The notes below the pieces were generated by a model. It had not been told where the DNA came from and made no database searches. It saw only the letters and a program-made list of their open reading frames with translations. Both the position numbers and the translations under genes were made by a program. From positions 1 to 64,000 of the forward strand of contig JAHLTZ010000025.1 of the NCBI GenBank assembly GCA_025786725.1: a stretch of DNA of 64,000 nucleotides. Reading direction: 5' to 3'. Each line of letters starts with the position of its first letter. Positions within the stretch are counted from its first letter, which is position 1. Of this stretch, positions 1 to 12,608 are shown in pieces. The stretch comes from Syncephalis fuscata S228. Taxonomy: Eukaryota; Fungi; Zoopagomycota.

Positions 1-533
1 ATATTACAATATAAACGCCATATCAGACAGTGATATTTATATACATACGCATCTAGTGATACATAGCAACAACAACACTAGCACTCATTAGTAATAAATA
101 AGAATATAGAAACTGCTGCCTAGTATACTTACAACATTATCGGTAACAGCCAGCCTACATTGATGATAACTAATGCTAATATGCTAATAGGTTGTACATG
201 TTGGATGTAGTATTACAAAGTATATAGTCAAGCAACATACAGCAACACAGTTGTTGAAATGTGCGTCAGTGTACATGCAATATTATTAATCAATACTATC
301 GATATAAATATGCAATAAATAGTATTATGGTTGTTATTCATTGTAATGAGAACACGTGTCAATAGTCATTGTGTATTGAATAATATCAATATTGCAATGT
401 ATGGTCGCATACTAATAATTATTATAGACCAGCCATAATAATAATAAGACTGTTAGGTAACAGAGATAAATGATACATATTATTGTAAACTTTAATTGAC
501 TGTTTATTAATTATATTTCATTAATTTATTATA

Positions 534-1006
534 CACTTTTTTATTAGTATTTGTGTAGGCTTATACTGTAAAATAGCAGAGAGAATTATTGTCGCTTTTT
601 TGATTAACCAATTGATTTTCACCGATTTTTAATTCCATCAGTAAATTAGCTAGAAATACATAATACCATTCATTATGACCGCAGAGACTTGACGCATCGA
701 CACATATAAGTCATGTATTTTAAAAAATTATGAAAATGCTAACAACTAAAAAATGCTTAAAGTGCCATTTTAATAATAATATTGCTGTTTCTATATGTAG
801 CATTTTCTCACAATTTTCAAAAATACATAACTTATATGTGTCGATGCGCCAAGTCTATGCGGTCATAATGAATGGTATTATGTATTTCTAGCTAAGTTAC
901 TGATGGAATTAAAAATCGGTGAAAATCAATTGGTTAATCAAAAAAGCGACAATAATTCCTTTGCTATTTGACAGTACAAGCCTACACAAATACTAATAAA
1001 AAAGTG
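534..1006. mobile_element. MITE-like foldback element with ~208-bp terminal inverted repeats and TA flanks (Tc1/mariner-type non-autonomous element)
   Basis: 534-741 is the near-perfect reverse complement of 798-1006 (CACTTTTTTATTAGTATTTGTGTAGGC... / ...GCCTACACAAATACTAATAAAAAAGTG). TA lies on both sides (532-533, 1007-1008). No ORF. Confidence 0.8.
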
Positions 1007-4000
1007 TATTAATTGCTAATAGATATATTAGTGGTAGGTATTGTATATATTTACAGTGTCTATATAATAACGCAATAGCCTACACTGATAAACCGTTGAC
1101 TATGCGTGTTATGAACAATGTGCTAGCCATGTATATTGCCTATTTTATTAGCATCAATGGTAATGTGAAGTAAGCATAAGCAGCATTATTGGTAGGCCAT
1201 ATTATGCGACATTACTTCTGGTCACTAAATAGCCACTATCCAAATGTATACCAATAACAGCTATTAGTATATTACTCACCATTGGGGCGCACGTCATATC
1301 ATTGCTGTTGTACAACATCAAATCTCGTGAACAGTCATCGGTTGGTAGCAATGCATGTCATGCTGCCACTTACTAAACAAGTAGACATTTATGCTAATTT
1401 ATGACGGCAGTAGGCTGATTGATAGCTAGCGGTAAGTATACACCAAGTGCTCATGTTATCTGTAGGTATGTTGCAGATTGGCCAATACCACTAATAGCTG
1501 CATCATTTCGGTTGCTAACTATTTAGTAATAACTGGCATACTATTTTCAACAATCAATAGTAATATTCATGCTTATGTTGGTAACTAATAATGTATAAAC
1601 AATAGCTTTGGTTAAAATATTTTATTAAACAAATTATACCATTGCCGTTGTCAATACAAATGGCATTTTTCTAACTCTTAGTTGTTACACTGTAATACAT
1701 ATCATTACCTTATAGTGGCATTAAGTTGTATAAATAGCACTTGCTGACTATTAATATCAGTGGCTATATCATGCCAATGATTTACGCAGCATATTTAACA
1801 CTAACTGTACATTAATGACTAGTGATGCACAATAAATAGATAGCGTAAATACAATCAAATAATTAGCTAATAGCGATGTTACATGTTCATTAACGTATAA
1901 CTAACTGTTATCAATACTGTATTTCATTTGATTAATAGACATCTGGCTAATATAATGATGGCTATCGAGTTATAAATATTGATGATATGTTGGTGCTGAT
2001 CCGCTATTCTAGCATATTTACTTAATAAAACACTGACATAGCAGCATATTGATTATGACCAATCGGTTAATACAACTAGTCAACAGCATTTGTAAATACT
2101 GCCTAATCAAACCATCAGTAATCAGTGCGGAATACTAATACTTAACTAGCTATATATACTAGCGCTATAACTAATGGTTATTTGGTCATATGTCAATAAT
2201 AGTTTTGCTATGAGTTTCTGCTATTTTTATCGTTATTAGTAGTATAGCATTGTCAATTAAGTATTATAGACTTGATAACAGTCATGAGTAATATTAAAAT
2301 GGTGTTATTGCCAACTAATACGTCTGCTTATATGTTGATGACAACAGTAGTTTAATGTTTTTGTGTTCACTGCTAATCATTGACAATTGTTTAATTGTTG
2401 ATTTCTATTTATATACACCATACAATTATACATATCAAGAACACAGCTGTTTACATATTGTGCCCATTATTGACACTAACTACATCCGTATACAATGTGT
2501 TTATTAGTCATAATGCTGAATAAACATGCTAACGCATTGAAATAAACAGCCAAAGTATTATGGCATACACTAGCTGCAACCAGTAGATGTATACTGCGTT
2601 AGTTAATGATAGTAATATTATTGCATTTATTATTAGCCATCGGTAATTGTATAGCAATAGCAACATCTATTATAACTTAGCCAGTTATATTGATGCCATG
2701 TGTTTAACCAGTTTGACAATTGCTTGTTGTTATTATAAGCCAACAGTATATCAGCAATACCAATATACACTATGCATGATTGACGTATAACTAGGGGTAT
2801 ATTTAGGACTGATTGTATGGTAGTTTACACTATTACGCCTACTAGCTAACCAGCATTGTTGCAATGCTGCTAGTCACACAGAACACATGCCTCAATAGCT
2901 TTACTAAAATAAATCAATAGCCAAATGATTATGGTAATTTCAAAAACAAACTACATACATAAAGGTTTGGTTTACATCAGAATTAAATAGGTTTATTGCG
3001 TCATAGATACATGTACAAAATAACTCCAATAAATGACATATCAATAATGGTTGCAAAAAACCACAAAATCTTATTTACATCTTTAACAGACACGTTCATA
3101 GTTATAATTTATAAGTCGGCAAACAAATATTATAGACCAATAGCCAATACATATTCATATATACTTTTCTGTAATAATGTTCATTGGCATTAGAATAGTA
3201 CCAAAACTACTAGTTTTGTCATAGCATCGTTGGAAACCTTAAATAGCCATATTAACTCAATATCAATCTATACCAAAATAGTTGCTATATACATGCACAA
3301 TAGTCTTTCCGTAATGCCCATAGCCTGTAATATATTAATCAAATATTTATGCCATAGCATTGCTATTGTATCCATATACTAAATATACTCGTACATGTCT
3401 TGATTATTACCAAAATATGCTCTAATTTCACTGCCAACCCATTTATCACACCGTTTAATCAATCCACATAGCATATCGGCTTTGGTATTAAGGATCTGTG
3501 TCAATTTTATTATTATCTTTAAATATGTTTAATTCAACGGAGCATATTACTTTACTCTGTTTACTTATGAATCAACAGCAGTTCATCGATACTATCAATT
3601 CCCAGTTGTAAGTTGTCAATAAGCAGTGCAAATCTATCAGTTATATTGTCGATAATACATAATTGATTACGTTAAACAAAACAGTAACATAGTCAACTAT
3701 TTAATAAATACAACGTAATACGGTGTGTACATGTGATGTTAATCAATAATGAAATAAAATGACAAATTCATTCAGCACTACTGCAAATACTGCTGATGAT
3801 GCTAAATAAGTGTCACTCCGTGGATCAGTGTTAAATAAATGGAAATAAAATAAAATAGTAGCTGCAGGTAGTTAGCATTTTTCGCGTGTATCCTTGACTG
3901 TAATAGCACCAGCCATCAATGAATATATACAAAATATCTAGTATTCAATGTGCTTTAATTCTGATTAGCGGTCTATTCTATATCATTACATTACAAATGT

Positions 4001-5051
4001 ACGTATTTTGTATTAGTAAATATAATGGCATCTACTTGTAATAAATCTATACACAATAGATTGACTGCCTTGTATGTATCCACTAATATTATGACTTCAT
4101 TTTTCTCGAGGCAATACAATTTTCATGATGTTGTCGCCATTATAGATTGTTTTGAATCTAATAATATTGAATGATTAAGAGTAACAATAATAAAAATATA
4201 CTTATAATAACATTTAATAAGCAAAATCACTTAATTTAAAGTGGTATATTGTCTAGTTATAAAGTAGTGTAATTAACATAAAATATAGGCACATTCATGT
4301 CTGATTTTGAATCATCTAGTACGCCTAGCGCGTAGATTTATATTACAGTACTTAAGTTTGCCAGACTTTAACAAGTAATATTACTTATTAACACAAGATT
4401 GTAAATGCCACAATTCAACTACGCAAGACTGCTAATATATATTAGCACTATACTTGTGTCATGTATGTATAAAAGAAAAAGAAACGTTTGTTTATTAACC
4501 AATACTATAATTGTAGTAAATCTACTAAGCAGATTGCATTGATTATATAGATAATAAACAATATATATTGGGATGTGCATATTGGACCAATATGATCAAT
4601 ATAGGCCGTCAGGTTAAAGCAATACTATTATTGTATGGTGAGTATTTAGCGAAAATTAATGTATATAAATGTTAAAAGTAATGCATAATGCTCACTATAA
4701 ACAGCCATAGAGTAATTTTATAGTCATTCGAATATAATGACAAATTATAGACACATTAATGATAAGGTTGTTAATAATGCTGGTTGGAAGTGGTATAATT
4801 GTTGATTACAACACGGCAGTAATAAACTAATTGCCATTGTTACTATATGTCAACTGTGCATCATCAGACACTATTATAACATTATTATAATCTATTCACT
4901 GTTAATAAACCAATTTATTAACACTGGTAGATATACAATACAAGTGGAATAGTACCAAGTTAGCCGAAAAATAGCCCATTTTTTGCCCAAAGCCAATAAC
5001 TAGATCGCTTACAATTATAAAATTTATTAAAAAGTAATAAACAGCTTTACA

Positions 5052-6448
5052 TTATACAAATCGTTGTTTTTTGTTTACTGGTCTGTCAATATAATCATAT
5101 ATAATGATATCTTGGTCGGTTAAACAACAATTAAACAGAGTCCAGTATACCGGCAATGTCTTTCCACGAAGCCATAGTCTTAAACTGCGTTCGGGACCGC
5201 CTGTTTTATGACTCATATACATCGCTAAATCCGCAACTAATGTGCTAACTAGCAAAGCAAGCGTAATGGTGTTATCGGGATTTGCGCCTGCTTCAAGCAT
5301 CCGAACGTTGATATACTGCTTTGTTGAAGCAGATATAAGATATTTATTTTGCTGTTGCTTTAGCTGACTGCTGTTCGTGTTTACTTGTGTGTTGAATAAT
5401 AATGTACCAAGATGTTTAATTGATTCCAGCATAGGACGAATGTTTAACGCCTGCTCTAATGAAGTAGGATGTGATGACGGTATAGCTTCATTAGATTGTA
5501 CATAGTTATACCACGCTTCTAGTGGTGGCATCAAGCTATTCCATGTTTCTAATATTTGCTGACCACGCTCTAGCGATATTTCGGCAGATAGCTTACCCGC
5601 AGCAACCATCATCTCCAATTCATTGGCCATTTCGTGCTTTTCATACAGCTTTTGAGTTATATCTTTTGGGTGGCTAATAGGACAGTTGGGCGCAATGGCT
5701 GTGTGTCCAGAATGTGTGTCATGTCATTTGCTGACATCCGAATATTTGTTTCTAGTTGTTGCAACAGTTCACAACGACGCTCTTGCAAACATTTTTCCAA
5801 CTCATCAAACGCTTGGTTGATGGCCATTCGTGTGTTATTTAGTCGTTGATGATCATATTGGTGGTTGTCTATCCATTGCTCTACGCCAATAGCCATATCC
5901 TTTACCTGTTGCTTGCCTTGCCTGATGCTAGTAAGCATCTCCGTGTTTGCTTCGCAAGTGGGCACTACACGACAGTTCCACTCCACCTTACAATCTACAC
6001 AATGAAACTTGTTGTGGGTCAAACAATAGTGAGTTTGTGGTATGTTGCCATCTACTTCGCAGACCCGCAGCTGCTCCGTCGTCTCTAATACGCGCGCAAT
6101 AACATAATTGATGGGAAGTCGTCGAGCTGCTTCGTCATCTATCGTTGTCGTAAAGTGCTGGCGACATTTCAACGGACAGCCAATCGAAATCATATTGCAA
6201 ATAAGACTATTGTCTTGCAAACGCGATTCAGCCGTAGCTGCTATTAGTTGCTGTATGCATTCTGCACAGAATGTATGCTGACAGGGAAGAGTGCGTGGGT
6301 CGCGCAATTGGTCTAGGCAGATATGGCAAATCAATGCAGATTGCAGCTCAGTCAGTACAGTGACTTGGTTTGTTTTATAAGCAGCCAATTGCTTCTGTTT
6401 TCCGGCTGCTATCTTAGAGTAGTCGGTTTTCCACACCGGCATGCTCAT
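5052..6448 (-). CDS. TRIM/RBCC-like protein (C3HC4 RING, degenerate B-box, coiled coil), intronless, one frameshift near 5700
   Basis: RING CHIC..CQHTFCAEC..CPLKC followed by LPINYVIARVLE. B-box-like CEVD-x8-CLTH-x4-CVDC. Coil INQAFDELEKCLQERRCELLQQLE. The frame of ORF 5052-5630 is open upstream to ~5720 and overlaps the first ORF, so both probably form one gene. Confidence 0.75.
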
Positions 6449-6864
6449 CTTGTGTTCTACTATAAAGGACAAATGCTGTTTTTCTGAGACGAAAGTAAGA
6501 TCTTTAGGAGTTGAAGGAAGTCATTTATCTTTTTTGGACGTTTACTTCGTGGAACCAATAATATTTGTTATATTTTGGTTATTTTTAGATAATTATTTAG
6601 CAAGAAGCTATTGTATTTTGACCCTCCTTTTTCTTAATACTTTTAAATACAATCAAACACTTATTCACTACTATAACATGTATAATATTGCATCCAACAT
6701 TAACTAATTCATGTGTAATTATCAGTATAATAATATAATTAATTAGTTATCTTTATTGTTGCTTTAATGTATATATTGTCATTATGATATTAATTGTTCA
6801 AATGTCATTTATTTAGTCAGATTGGTTATAGGGAAGTGGCTGTTTAATAAACGACATTTATACT

Positions 6865-7251
6865 AATTATATTAATCTTAATCTTACATCACAAATATGC
6901 CCAAAATGCAATATCAAAATATCAGAATATCAGAAAATAGAAGAGACCATTCAGATGCAGGAATCCATGCTGTATATAGATGCAATAACAACCAATGCGG
7001 AACGACATGGAATTGCAATCAATGGCTTCTATTAATATTCGATCAATCTTTCTACACATGGCTAGCAACAATAATAAATGGCCTTGTAAATCTCAAAGTA
7101 ATTAACTGATATGTTATATCCTTTATTTAAATCAATTTATTCGCAGCATTTTGTTAGAAAACATTATAGTTGTGTTTTGTTATGTATAATAGCATTGATT
7201 CTTATTGGAACAAATTTTACTTTGGACACTCGAAATATGGAAGCCAAAGTA
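6865..7251 (+). mobile_element. Fanzor/TnpB-derived repeat copy (nuclease C-terminus plus conserved 3' tail)
   Basis: With frameshifts, translates to LTSQICPKCN..ENRRDHSDAGIHAVYRCNNNQCGTTWNCN-MASINIRSIFLHMA. The downstream tail ends TTTTACTTTG..CCAAAGTA as in the other copies. Confidence 0.75.
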
Positions 7252-8335
7252 GATGCTTAGCCACTATCATTAAAGCTATCTTTTTGTTGCTAGCTATAGT
7301 GTTTGTGGATTTCAATTCGATTTACTTTAACATATACACATACTAACTCTCGCCAATATTTTATACTTTTTTGACTATCAGCTTTGCTTCATAATATTTT
7401 AAATTTTAATATAATACAAATAAAGACTTGAAATTTTACTTTACAATGAGTATCTAGTACAAATGAAAACCAAACAAAATAGTATCAAGCTATGCATGCA
7501 ATTCACGTTGAATCAAATTTACAGCGATGATCATATCAAAGTGCAATCATTCTTCTCAAAAGCTATCGCTTATCATATTCAATATAGCCGCAAGTTGCTA
7601 CAAATTTACTTTTTATTAATGTATACAAACCAGCTAACAATGAAAATCTTATCAGGGCGTAGCAAGTGCCAATGGGTACACACAGCAGTGATTTCCCGTT
7701 TATTCTAATATCTATTACATCTTTACCGAGCAAAGGATTTATAAATATCATGATATACCATTATTAAATCGTATATAACAATGATTTATTCATTTAATAG
7801 ATATTATATAGGTATATTCATATGATTGATATAAATGACTTGTGTAGAATAATTCAGCAATGGCAACCATAAGCGGCATAAGCCAGTACACCTTTGCTTC
7901 CCTGCAAAGCTGTTAAAGGAAGGAAGAAGTCACTGCAACGATTTCCACTGCGTACGAGCTGCCACGCGATAACTCGGTGCATAAATTGATGCATGCGTGT
8001 ACCTCAACCGCTTGCATACTAAGTGCAGTGCTGTTGCTGCTGCTGTTACCGCCGTTAACGTTGGACAAATGATGCGTTACCATCACACAGAATGGCTGCG
8101 TAATGTCCGTCGTTCGTTATCCTCAACGGGCCACGCAGCACTACCCTATTACGCAACGGTCTCTCTCTCTCTTTTCTATCTCCTGGCTACCTGTAGCCAA
8201 TATAAAGGAGCGCATGAAAAGTTGATTGCCCTCACTCTTCACCCCACTCAACTAATTATCATATATTTTATATTTTTATATTTGTCGTACTTGATATACA
8301 GCTGATTGCATAACATCATATTAAATTTGTTTACC

Positions 8336-8800
8336 ATGCAACTCACCACTTCTCTCCGCAGCCTCGCTATTGCGCTACTCTTGTCAGCCGCATTAGTCAG
8401 TGCTCAATCGCCCGCCCACTCGGGAAGTGCATCTCCTTCCGGTACCGCCCCCGCCACAACTTCTGATGCATCAGCCTTACCCACTGGATCCGGCTCAGCT
8501 GGCGGCTCCATGAGCGGCTCCATGTCGCCATCTTCTTCACCATCGTCGCCGACATCAGGTGCATCGGGTGCGCCGTCGTCGTCCTCGTCATCATCATCAT
8601 CATCATCATCATCATCTAGCTCGTCGACACCAGCAAGTAATTCCAACACTACCCCGACAACATCGACCCCGACCAGTCGCTCGACTCCTTCTCAGACATC
8701 AACTACGTTCAGTGTTAATGCAGGTACTGCCTACAAGTCCGATGCATCCGGTATTTTTATGGGATTGGCTGGGTCTGCTATGGCAATCTTCTTATTGTAG
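8336..8800 (+). CDS. Small Ser/Thr-rich secreted, probably GPI-anchored cell-surface protein
   Basis: Signal peptide MQLTTSLRSLAIALLLSAALVSA, poly-Ser/Thr body, small-residue omega region (NAG) and hydrophobic C-terminus. Confidence 0.85.
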   Translation: MQLTTSLRSLAIALLLSAALVSAQSPAHSGSASPSGTAPATTSDASALPTGSGSAGGSMSGSMSPSSSPSSPTSGASGAPSSSSSSSSSSSSSSSSSTPASNSNTTPTTSTPTSRSTPSQTSTTFSVNAGTAYKSDASGIFMGLAGSAMAIFLL

Positions 8801-9127
8801 ACTATCAAAGTTAAATAAACTCCACCGTTCACATATTATAAAACAGCAGCCCACTTTTATCCCATCTAATCTAGCGGTGCTTAAAAACAGCCTAGTATCC
8901 GATCCATTCTCAAATACATATAGTAATACAATAAACTGAGTTTAAATATTGTTTTATTTCCTTACAAAAATGTAAAGCGGAAGCAAGTAGCATTATAATT
9001 TGGCTGAGTTTTGCTTTCTCCAAATCTAGCAATGTTTATTATTGCAAATATAAATACTGCTTTGACAGCTTACTTGGACTGTTAATTGTTCACTCGCTCT
9101 TTTGCTCTATTCTATACTTATATCATT

Positions 9128-9562
9128 ATGCTTGCCTTCAACAAGTTCACCATCGCCGCTATCGCTACCTTGTTGGCTGTAGCCTACCAGCCGCAGGTAT
9201 CGGCCCAGTTTTTCACAGAATTATCGTCAACGCCAAGTGCATCGAGCAGTGCCCACGCATCTACCAGCACCAGCCCATCAGCTATTGCCAGTAGCACAGG
9301 TGCTGCCACCACCACCACCACTCACTCCACTCCTGCTGCATCAACACCAGGTGCCAGTGTACCTACCACCCCTGCCTCAAGCGGAACAGGTACTGGCACC
9401 ACCTCTTCTTCTACGTCTTCAGGTTCAACCCCCAAGCAAACATCTAATGAGTTTGATACCAGCAGCGCCATGGGTCATGACAATAGCGGTATTGTCAACT
9501 CAATGGCTGCTTCTTTGGTAGCAGCCGGTGGTATGATCATGCTTGCTGATCGTCTTTTGTAA
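9128..9562 (+). CDS. Small Ser/Thr-rich secreted, probably GPI-anchored protein
   Basis: Signal peptide MLAFNKFTIAAIATLLAVAYQPQVSA, S/T/P-rich body, hydrophobic C-terminal tail. Confidence 0.85.
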   Translation: MLAFNKFTIAAIATLLAVAYQPQVSAQFFTELSSTPSASSSAHASTSTSPSAIASSTGAATTTTTHSTPAASTPGASVPTTPASSGTGTGTTSSSTSSGSTPKQTSNEFDTSSAMGHDNSGIVNSMAASLVAAGGMIMLADRLL

Positions 9563-10476
9563 GAGATAAAACAACCAAATTGTCGCTTTAAAGCATTATC
9601 TAATTCGATGCAGCCCATCTTTTTATTCTATACACGAGCCGTGTATTCAATAAACTCTACTTTATATTAGTAATAAAAATTGTTTAAGTTGTGAATAATA
9701 ACTGCTTTAGTGATCTTTTGTTTACAACACAATATTACTTAATCAAACTGTTATGTAATACGCAAGTGTGTTATATTTAGTTAAATAGTACTGCTGTACC
9801 AATTTAAATATATTACCAATGCATTTTGGTCACTAGCTAGTTATTTATTTATTTTGGTGCTTTATTTCAGCTATTACTTGGCAACTAAGCGCTAATCATT
9901 GCTGGTAGCAATGGAATGTCGTTACTATAATTGATGCATTTTTATTTGCTGTCTCCTTGTAGTTAGAAGAAAAACGCAGATCCGCTTCATTAGTCGATCT
10001 TATGCTTAATAGTCGGCTAGTTGTCAGCACATTACCTACTCTTTATTAGCTCGTCGTTCATTTTAATTGTAGCCTGTAAAGTGATGAGATCGCTTAGTAA
10101 CCTACAACTGTGGATTGTTATACTTTTCTACTTGTGTACATTGATTAGTACTGTACTCAGTCATTATACACGCTCAAGTGGTGTAGGTATTGTACATGTG
10201 AGCAATCATAGTCGGTCAGAAGGCATAGCGACGACTGTACCATCGTTTACTCCAACTTTATTCTTTACAACTTTTCTTGTTGTTTTAGAAGTTATTCAAT
10301 TATAATCAAATCATCCTGTGTGCTACTCTAGCCATATAGACCAATCTTACATTTTTACTATGGGTTGAATTGAATCAATAAATAACAAGTAGCGGCTTTC
10401 ACACCAATTGGCTGTAGAAATATTGCTTTGATATTCTGTTTATTGATACGCAGTTTTGTAATTTGCCCAAATCAAC

Positions 10477-12351
10477 CTAAATATACTTTTTGCGTTCATT
10501 CCTTGCCCGCTGTTGATAGAAATTCCAAATGGCGTATACAACAAATTGTGCACCAAAAATAAACAATAGATATTGCAATAATGACGATGACTTTTCTGTC
10601 GTTACGTGATGAATGCTAGAGCGTGTTTCTTCGTGCATTCTCGATGATCGTTCCTAAGACCGTTTCAAATAAGCATAAATCGATACAATATTGTTACGAC
10701 TTACATCAAGCTGTGATATCTTACTGGATAGCTGACTTATCGCATTCTGTAACTGCTCCATCTTATAGGTAATGCCATGGGCGCCGGTAAAATGGCCAAT
10801 GTCCGTAGACAATAGTTGTACACTGTCCTGCAGCGCGCGTATATCGGAAGACAGCGAGTTCAAATGACTATAACATTTAGTCAGTTGTATTACTCTTGAA
10901 AGGCTAAATGCCATAACTTACACGCCTGTTCCGCTGTTTTCCGACTTGGATCCCGTATTTTCCATAGATTTATCAGATTTTTGCAATAGCATATCTAGTT
11001 TATTGATTATTCTAAACTGTGTATCTTGAAGCATCCTAACATCCTCCATCTGATCCATTATCAATAAATGAACAAATAAATACATTGCCGCATCTACTTA
11101 CATCAAATCCTAATTGAGGATCGCTGGCATGTTTTGCCTTTTCAACTTTCTTATGAATCTCTTCCAAATGCTTTATCATAGTCAGTTGCATATTTCAATC
11201 TTAAACGCATATGCTACTCACCTTTAACTGTTCCTCTGTTGCCTTTGGAGCAGTCTAATCAATAACATTAGTATAAATACAAAGCATACTATATAAATGA
11301 CCTGCCTTGTATTGACATGATCTTGTCTAATTTCATAGGTATCAAATGAAATAACTTCATGGTCATCGGCTAATTTAACATTTTATGTGAGCGTATATCC
11401 AGTGATCTGGCGTTCAATTACCTTCATCGTGACTTGATGCCGCCGACATACCAAAATAGTATCCAGTTGGCAGATCAACATTCTCAGACTCAAAACAAGG
11501 CTGGTAGTTTCCGCCTTCGTTAATATTATCAACGTCGATCTAATATCCACGGTTAATCAGCGCTGGTTAATAACCAATAGCCATAGTATCTATACTTACG
11601 TTGATGGTTCGATTGGCATAAGTAACACGAACTTTCAGTGGTGCTTTAAGATTGCGATATTCACGGAAACATCCACTTAATATGTAGGACATTGGATGTT
11701 CGACCTTGGAATATTCAAGGTTGTTATGATTCAGCATACCTAATACAAATGTATTGGTGCGCTGTTAAATGTATTAGTACAAATATTAATGGCTAACTAA
11801 CTAACTAACTAACTAATAACTAATTAACTAATTAACTAATTAATACTTACTAGATCACGCTTATCGTAGGTATCAAGTGCTACCATTAATCCTTCCCAAC
11901 TATCTTTACTGCCGTAGACCGGACCCATTTGACCACGGTCTTTCGTATACCAGAATGCCATACCATCTCCGCCATGAAGATGTCGGCCAAATACATTGAC
12001 ACTAAATTCTACTATCCACTCTTTATGTGGGTTGGGTTCTTTGGCCCAAATGGCACCTTTCATGCCTTTCAAACTTGGTGAAAGTCGAATAAAGTCCACT
12101 GATGGCAACGTGTCTATTGTAGATGTATGAATTTGTTAAGCATTTTATTGTTTCGCTATATATTCTACAGTCTATTAGCACAACTTACTTTCGAAATATT
12201 CAAAGTATGGAATAGTATCTTCAACAAAATAGGGTTTTTTAAAGGTCTGTTTCCAATCATGTCGAACGGGCACCTTCTCCGGTGGAGTAGCATAAGCAGT
12301 TGCTGTCCACCAGGCCATCAATACCAAGAATGAATTGCTAAAGAGCCGCAT
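10477..12351 (-). CDS. L-type (legume-like) lectin cargo receptor, ERGIC-53/Emp47/VIP36 family, multi-exon
   Basis: Signal peptide, FIRLSPSLKGMKGAIW, GGDGMAFWY, GPVYGSKDSWEGLMVALDTY, coiled coil, TM helix and C-terminal KKYI* (KKXX-type sorting motif). Confidence 0.92.
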
Positions 12352-12608
12352 TTTATTAACCATCAAAAACCACTACCAATGCTGTTGGATAAGACTGAAT
12401 CGAAAGAGAAGTATAGGCCGGCGAGAATCGGTATGGCAGAGTGACACCGCTAAATTGTATGATGGATTGGTTGGTTATAAATAAACTGTATTGTAATTTC
12501 ACATTCCGTTTATTAATATGAATACCAAGTGATGTGGTGATTTATTGATGTAAATACTAAGTGGTTTAATAGCTGTATCTTTAACGCGTTCGTTCTATTT
12601 TCTACCAT

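Noticed and set aside
8397-8939. Poly-Met, poly-Asp and poly-His ORFs
   Set aside because: Alternative frames and the antisense of the (TCA)n poly-Ser tract in the GPI protein gene.
11793-11845. (CTAA)n run as a telomere-like repeat
   Set aside because: Short, degenerating microsatellite inside an intron of the lectin gene.
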